DNA of 64,000 nt. Source: Crocinitomicaceae bacterium. GTDB taxonomy: Bacteria > Bacteroidota > Bacteroidia > Flavobacteriales_D > Crocinitomicaceae. Of this stretch, positions 58,874-64,000 are shown in pieces. The notes under the pieces are model-generated. The model made no database searches and was not told the DNA's origin. It was given only the letters and a program-made list of their open reading frames with translations. A program made the translations under genes and the position numbers. Positions within the stretch are counted from its first letter, which is position 1. Every line of letters begins with the position of its first letter. The stretch covers positions 460,922 to 524,921 of the forward strand of contig JBBCIY010000002.1 of assembly GCA_037189645.1 (NCBI GenBank), read 5' to 3'.

Positions 58874-59927
58874 ATGAAAACGATCACTGGTTCGCCCCTG
58901 GTTTTTTGGTTATGTTGCTACATCAGCGGTATTCTTGTTTCATTGACAGGAGAATGGCTGTTACTTTCCGTGATTTCCATAGCTGTCTTTTTAGCTGGTG
59001 TACTTCTTCCGTATCTGTCCGCTACTCTGAGAGCGTACATTGTTTTCGCTCCCTTGTTCTTCATTACAGGCTCGTTGTCGATGGAACGCGTGTTCCCGAA
59101 GCAGAATGACGCATTGACCAACGGAGAAAACTATTACGTCGGAACGATCGAACAGCAGCTCACCTCAGGAAAAATATGGAGCACCAACCTTATTCGGCTT
59201 CAATCAGGGATGCGGAAGAATGGAAAATGGGAACAGACCAATGAACGGGTGTTGCTGCTGACAGAAAACGGCGAAATCTTATTGAACCAGAATGATGTGA
59301 TCCTTTTTAAGACCGGGTTCAAAGAAATTACGACAGCGAACAATCCTGGCGAGTTCAATGCAAAAATGTACTGGTATTCCAAAGGAATAAGATACCAGGG
59401 ATTCGGGGCATCAGAGCAGATCAAGCTCATAGAACCCGTCCCTTTGGGATGGTTTGACCAGTTGCTGGAATCGGTGAGAAACTATTCAACAGCAGTGCTG
59501 GACAGGTGGGTAGGTCAGAAAGATGCTCCGCTGATAAAAGCGATTCTGCTGGGCGATAAGAGTGACCTGGATACGGAAACAAAGCGTGTCTTTACAAATA
59601 CAGGCGCGATGCACATGCTGGCTGTTTCCGGAATGCACATCGGGCTGATTGTCGTGCTCCTCGGAGGGATCTTCAAAGTGCTGTTCTTTTACAGGGGAAG
59701 GACCATTGCCTTGTGGCTGATGATAGTCCTCTTGTGGTTTTATGCCTTTTTAACCGGTTTTTCAGCTTCTGTTACCCGTGCGGTTGTGATGTTTACCATA
59801 CTTAATCTGGGCCGGGTTTATGCGAAGAGGGTACCAGCCGGTCAATGCGTTGTCTGCTGCTGCATTTTTCATCCTGGTATGGGACCCCAAAGAGGAGAGA
59901 TTTCAAACCTTTTGTAGGGAAATTTAG
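58874..59927 (+). pseudogene. comEC: comEC/rec2 (DNA internalisation competence channel), 5' portion only: frameshifted near 59830 and truncated at the island junction
   Basis: N-terminal TMs and the Competence domain hallmark (TGAMHMLAVSGMHIGLIVVLLGG...FSASVTRAVVMFTIL). After ...RVYAKR the conserved continuation (Y)QPVNALSAAAFFILVWDPKE is readable only in the +1 frame from about 59832. Both frames stop by 59927. The expected ~300-aa C-terminal half with the MBL domain is absent. Confidence 0.7.
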
Positions 59928-60004
59928 AGGATATTTTGAAAAATGAAAAGGAATTAAATCATTATTTTTTATAATAATTTTATATTGCAAACAACAAATA
60001 GATT

Positions 60005-61000
60005 TTAGTGTACAGAGAAATCTAAAAAATAATTCTCATCATCTATTTTATAAAATGTAATATCTGTACGTCCATACTTTAGAAGATCTTCTTTTCGGAC
60101 AAATGCTCCATTACTTAGCCCAAGACGGAATCTAAAATATTCTCCGATTAAAGAATTGTTAAGTGTGGAGTGAATGGCCTTACCGCCATCTTGAGCTCGC
60201 ACACAAATAATTTGTTTGTCATCGTCTGTAATAACTGTGAATGTTTCATAACGCTCAGGAAAGAATCCAGAGCGCCCTATGGCAGCTGGGATGTTGATAT
60301 AAGCCTGATTGGGATTTCTTCCCTCTCTTTGTCCCCAGTTCAAGCCTGATCTAGTTGGAACCTCACCATATTTATCTACCAGTGGCAATATAACTTTAGG
60401 TAAATTAAGTATATCTGTACTAATAGCAGTTTTTGCTTCTCCTGCTTCAGAACTTAATCTTTCAGTTTCCTGAACTGGTTTGCGATCAAATATATCAATC
60501 AGTTCATGTACATTCTCAGCATTACAGTTAATGGACTCATCTTCCAAACTCTTATAATAATCATAACACTTTAATGAATCTTGAAGTGTTAAAACTTCTC
60601 TCATTGAAGGGCTGAATGCGTTTTGAGTATAATTTGCAGACCCTACAAATCCTAAAATGGGGTCATCATCTTTATACCAAGAATATACCTTTGAATGGAC
60701 TGGTGGACGTCCAAAAATATAGTTGCATTTAAAATTAACGTCAAATTTTGATGTTTGTAATTCCTTAAAGGCTGTGTGATTTTTTTGTTCAATACCATCA
60801 AAAGGACACATTCCGACAATTAATTCTATAGACAAATCCTTTTTCAGCCTTTTAGAAAATTCAATGTGACGCATTGCCATCAAGGCTGTAGCATACCCCG
60901 AAACGATATAGAGTTTATTGGCATTGTGCTGAACTAGTGGTTCAATCAACGCTTTGTCAAACAGTTCACTGGTTATCATTGTACTCATACTTTCAAACAC
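60005..61000 (-). CDS. PLD-family (NgoFVII/BfiI-like) restriction endonuclease candidate
   Basis: 331 aa. N-terminal PLD/Nuc-like HKD-type motif HSKVYSWYKDDDPILGFVGSANYTQNAF (H-x-K...GSxN). C-terminal half consistent with a B3-like DNA-binding domain. Overlaps the upstream C5-MTase gene by 16 bp on the same strand. Confidence 0.6.
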   Translation of the reverse strand: MFESMSTMITSELFDKALIEPLVQHNANKLYIVSGYATALMAMRHIEFSKRLKKDLSIELIVGMCPFDGIEQKNHTAFKELQTSKFDVNFKCNYIFGRPPVHSKVYSWYKDDDPILGFVGSANYTQNAFSPSMREVLTLQDSLKCYDYYKSLEDESINCNAENVHELIDIFDRKPVQETERLSSEAGEAKTAISTDILNLPKVILPLVDKYGEVPTRSGLNWGQREGRNPNQAYINIPAAIGRSGFFPERYETFTVITDDDKQIICVRAQDGGKAIHSTLNNSLIGEYFRFRLGLSNGAFVRKEDLLKYGRTDITFYKIDDENYFLDFSVH

Positions 61001-62073
61001 TCTTCAACTGGATGCAAATGGTTGAGTTCAATATTTGGTTCAGTACTGTCATACGTGATGCCTGCAAATGTCTTTAAAATTGCTTCAAATATAATTTTGG
61101 CGCCTTTTACGGGAACAGCCATGCCAATTTGTTTTCTAACACTTTCCTTAGAGCCATGAAAAACAAAATTATCAGGAAAAGTTTGAAGTCTTGCTCTTTC
61201 TCTGTTTGTTAATGCTCTGTTTTCTTCCCAATGGTAAACATGTGTCCCTCCGCCACCGCTTCCTGTGACTGTATATGCGGGTTTATTAGGATCAAGTCTT
61301 TTATATATTTGACTTATCTGAGCACCTTTAATATTGAGTTGTAAATGTGCTGGCAACTGAGCTGTAAAAGCATTTTCACCAGGTTTAATAAACTTTAATC
61401 TTTCTACAACAATTTCAGATTGCTTTGTTAGCTCATTATTAGGAGAATTAGTTTCAATTGGCGGATTTTCAATTGCTTGTTTGGCAGTAATTATTTTGGG
61501 ATTTTTAATAACAGGAACATTGAACTTAAGTCCTAAATCTTTACGAATACCAACAATTATAATACGGTGTCGCGCTTGAGGAACTTCATAATTTTCAAAT
61601 TTATACAAATGTGCCGTAACATTGTACCCTGTATTAATTAAATCTTTTAAAATCATCTGAAAGGACTTGCCGTCATTGGAATTTTTTAGTCCTCCAACAT
61701 TTTCTGCCAAAAAGAAAGCTGGCTGAAATTTTTTCAAAACCTTAACACCATATGAATATAAAGGTCCAAAAACACCATTCATTCCTTTTTGCTCACCAAC
61801 TATTGAAAAATCATTACAGGGGAAACCAAAAGCAAGGCCATCTATTTCTGTAAGCTTATCAATATCTAATTTCCTTACATCTTTACAAATAACCGATTTG
61901 ATATTATCGGGGCAAATATTTTTTCCATAAGTTTCACAAGTGTCCTTGTCAAAATCATTAGCCCATTCATGTTTTATAGAATACTCTTCATTATCATGTA
62001 TGAACCCTGCTGACATCGCTCCTAAAGCAATTCCACCTGGTCCGCAAAATAATTCACCCAATCGAAAATTCAT
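60985..62073 (-). CDS. DNA (cytosine-5)-methyltransferase
   Basis: 362 aa. Motif I FCGPGG. Motif IV GFPCNDFS (PC dipeptide). Motif VI ENV (FLAENVGGL). Motif VIII QARHRIIIVG. Motif X-like GMAVPV. Confidence 0.9.
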   Translation of the reverse strand: MNFRLGELFCGPGGIALGAMSAGFIHDNEEYSIKHEWANDFDKDTCETYGKNICPDNIKSVICKDVRKLDIDKLTEIDGLAFGFPCNDFSIVGEQKGMNGVFGPLYSYGVKVLKKFQPAFFLAENVGGLKNSNDGKSFQMILKDLINTGYNVTAHLYKFENYEVPQARHRIIIVGIRKDLGLKFNVPVIKNPKIITAKQAIENPPIETNSPNNELTKQSEIVVERLKFIKPGENAFTAQLPAHLQLNIKGAQISQIYKRLDPNKPAYTVTGSGGGGTHVYHWEENRALTNRERARLQTFPDNFVFHGSKESVRKQIGMAVPVKGAKIIFEAILKTFAGITYDSTEPNIELNHLHPVEECLKV

Positions 62074-62358
62074 ATCTATTTTTTTAAATTAAACAAATAA
62101 CTGGTAAAACAGTGCTTTTTTATTTAAACATTTTTGAAAAAAATTTTCGCACAATACAAAAGTATAATTAATATCTGTTGTATTTCCAAAGCATGTATAA
62201 ACGTTTTCAACCAATAATGTTAATATCATTATTACCAATTATCACTGTGACTGAATACAAAATTATTTTAGCTCTACGTAATCTATTTACGGTTTTAGTA
62301 ATTTTTTTAGTATATTTCTTAAATTTTAAAGTAATTTATTCTTATATGAATTTATATC

Positions 62359-63135
62359 ATGCCTCAAATTCAAATTACACTCAGTCCTGAACAATGTGAG
62401 AAAGCAATTCAGTTTGGTGAAGAAATAATAATGAAAAATGCTCAAAGCCCTAAAGACTTTGGAAGCAGGCATATCAGAGATTATTCTGATAATGTTGCAG
62501 ATATAATTGAAGGGAAAATCGCAGAGATTGGGTTTGCTCAGTTTTATGAACTTAAAACAAATAATAGGATAATTTTAGATTTTAATGTATATCCTGGCTC
62601 ATTAACAATAGATTATGGGCAAGACTTCGATAAGCTTGTCATCAACTCAAAAGTATACTTTGTAAAGAATCGTATTGATATAAAAGCTACTAAAATATAT
62701 TCTAAATGGCTTTTAGTCGAAAGTCATAAGTTTTGGTCTGATGCCTACATATTAGTAAAAGTAGACATCCCCAATGATAGCGAATCCAATCGTAATAAAT
62801 TATATAGCTGGATCAAAAATCACGGTGTGAGAATTACTATATCTGGATTTGCATACTATTTTGATTTAATTGACAACATTACCAAGAAACCTTTTATAGA
62901 GTTCAGCCAAAATGAACGATTATTCAAACCAGACAAGTTAAGTAATATTGCTCATTGGTCTCCAGATTCAATAAAGGAGTTTATAAGTGAAAACCCTCAT
63001 GATTTTCCACCGATAGGACCAATTTTGAAAGCCCCAAAAAATTTTGGTATACCAATCTCCAAACTTAGAAACTCGGATAAAGACTGGGCTATTTTTTTTA
63101 GTTGGGTTCATGCTTCCTTAGAAGAGGAAATTTAA
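62359..63135 (+). CDS. Hypothetical protein in R-M island (possible PD-(D/E)xK-like nuclease or accessory factor)
   Basis: 258-aa ORF divergent from the MTase gene and convergent with vsr, overlapping it by 4 bp. Contains D...IDIK (QDFDKLVINSKVYFVKNRIDIKATK), compatible with but not proof of a PD-(D/E)xK core. No confident family. Confidence 0.45.
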   Translation: MPQIQITLSPEQCEKAIQFGEEIIMKNAQSPKDFGSRHIRDYSDNVADIIEGKIAEIGFAQFYELKTNNRIILDFNVYPGSLTIDYGQDFDKLVINSKVYFVKNRIDIKATKIYSKWLLVESHKFWSDAYILVKVDIPNDSESNRNKLYSWIKNHGVRITISGFAYYFDLIDNITKKPFIEFSQNERLFKPDKLSNIAHWSPDSIKEFISENPHDFPPIGPILKAPKNFGIPISKLRNSDKDWAIFFSWVHASLEEEI

Positions 63136-63539
63136 TTCTTTATCATATCCAAAATAAAATCAGAAAAGCTACCGTTTTTAATTTGGCATTCCCATATTAC
63201 TATAACCTTATATTTCATTTCTTTTAATTTACTGTGGGCAACAGAATCTTTTTTTATGTTTTTTTCTATTTTATCGGACCAGTATTCAACATTGGATTTG
63301 GGCAAACGATAATATTTGCATTGTTCATGTCCGTGCCAAAAACATCCATTTACAAAAATTGCTGTATTATATTTTTTTAGTATAATGTCTGGTTTTCCAG
63401 GAAGTTTTTTATCATGTAGCCTAAAACGCAGACCATGGGAAAATAGAAATTTACGCACAATAATTTCAGGTATCGTATTTTTTGATCTGATACGGCTCAT
63501 ATTGTAGCTTCTTTGCTCGTTAGTTTTGTTATCGGCCAT
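63132..63539 (-). CDS. vsr: Very-short-patch-repair DNA mismatch endonuclease Vsr
   Basis: 135 aa. RSYNMSRIRSKNTIPE and FVNGCFWHGHE motifs are diagnostic of Vsr. Confidence 0.85.
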   Translation of the reverse strand: MADNKTNEQRSYNMSRIRSKNTIPEIIVRKFLFSHGLRFRLHDKKLPGKPDIILKKYNTAIFVNGCFWHGHEQCKYYRLPKSNVEYWSDKIEKNIKKDSVAHSKLKEMKYKVIVIWECQIKNGSFSDFILDMIKN

Positions 63540-63923
63540 GTGTAAATTTAATTTTTCTTATAGACAGAGAAAGGTAACAAGTTGTTTAATTATCATTATT
63601 TTAGAAAGAAGAATGATAAATGATTCATTTTTAACTTTATCATACTATTTTCCGTGGCGATGGAGTCCGTTAATATGACCTCTACTGTGCTCTCATAAGC
63701 TAATTTTGCGGATTTGCTTATCAAGCAACAGTATTATCTTAAAAATACTTCTTTCTGGAGCCAAATAATCTAAATTCGTATTCCAAATTTAGTATTTTAT
63801 TAACAATGGATATAAGTTTTGAAGAAATCTGCTCTCTGGAATGTAGAGTGTTATTAAGTGGCTGCCAGGATAGTACCAGCTATCGCCAGCACCATCCATC
63901 TGCCTATGCATTTCATATTAGGT

Positions 63924-64000
63924 TTATCTTTTGATTAATTTTTTTACAATATACGTATTATTGGCAAAGATACGGACAAAATAAGTTCCTGCCGCATAAG
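63924..64000 (-). CDS. 3' end (C-terminal 24 aa + stop) of a T9SS type-A cargo gene continuing beyond the window
   Basis: Minus-strand reading from 63998 gives YAAGTYFVRIFANNTYIVKKLIKR* (stop at 63924-63926). This is a classic Por_Secre_tail terminus (GxYFVRI...KKLIK). Confidence 0.5.
   Translation of the reverse strand, partial: YAAGTYFVRIFANNTYIVKKLIKR

Larger units (their letters stand above)
59928..63923. other. AT-rich ~4 kb genomic island (R-M + Vsr module) inserted at/replacing the 3' half of comEC
   Basis: By eye the base composition drops sharply at about 59920 and stays AT-rich to the end of the vsr-flanking spacer. Contents are foreign-type (C5-MTase, PLD nuclease, Vsr). On the right it is bounded by the 3' end of a convergent T9SS cargo gene at 63924. 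Confidence 0.5.

Noticed and set aside
62178-62390. 70-aa ORF in the MTase/258-aa divergent promoter region
   Set aside because: Extremely AT-rich, hydrophobic low-complexity translation that overlaps the start of the 258-aa gene in another frame. More likely promoter DNA.
63540-63923. Looked for the missing 3' half of comEC (MBL-fold domain) or a tRNA/att site at the right end of the island
   Set aside because: All six frames give only short ORFs without ComEC-like sequence. No tRNA-like cloverleaf could be found. The only recognisable element is the convergent T9SS CTD tail at 63924-64000.

Overview
This window is a Bacteroidota-type chromosomal segment with no Shine-Dalgarno reliance, many T9SS C-terminal sorting domains and a PorP/SprF gene. 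Its core (about 4.3-27.9 kb, + strand) is the cell-division/cell-wall (dcw) cluster in the order mraZ-rsmH-(small ORF)-ftsL-ftsI-murE-mraY-murD | ftsW-murG-(small ORF)-murC-ftsQ-ftsA-ftsZ. The cluster is interrupted between murD and ftsW by a ~7 kb insert. That insert carries a YoaK/DUF1275 membrane protein, two small proteins, a histidine kinase/OmpR-type response regulator pair and an OlsF-like bifunctional lipoamino-acid acyltransferase. Downstream lie gatB/yqeY, a Fur-family regulator with a perfect 15-bp palindrome in front of a His-rich P1B-type Zn/Cd ATPase, an AT-rich stretch with orphan ORFs, a glycosyltransferase, a ChaN-like protein and XRE and AraC/TPR regulators. A T9SS block follows: type-A cargo proteins, then a 2196-aa giant adhesin (N-terminal RCC1-like propeller, ~34 near-identical tandem 42-aa Ca-binding TSP3-like DxDxDG repeats, type-B T9SS C-terminal domain), then its PorP/SprF and OmpA/PD40 partners. 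After that comes a lower-GC minus-strand module of two paralogous zinc-ribbon-TM-beta-propeller proteins plus a YdjI-like SPFH/SHOCT protein and a small membrane protein. Next are an M20 amidohydrolase, tandem DUF4230-like lipoproteins, a TonB-C protein and another T9SS cargo protein. The window ends with comEC, which is frameshifted and then truncated by a ~4 kb AT-rich island encoding a C5-cytosine methyltransferase, a PLD-family (NgoFVII/BfiI-like) nuclease, an unknown 258-aa protein and a Vsr mismatch endonuclease. I see no rRNA, tRNA, CRISPR array, transposase or integrase. The most unusual systems are the R-M/Vsr island disrupting the competence gene, the zinc-ribbon/SPFH module, and the giant repeat adhesin locus.
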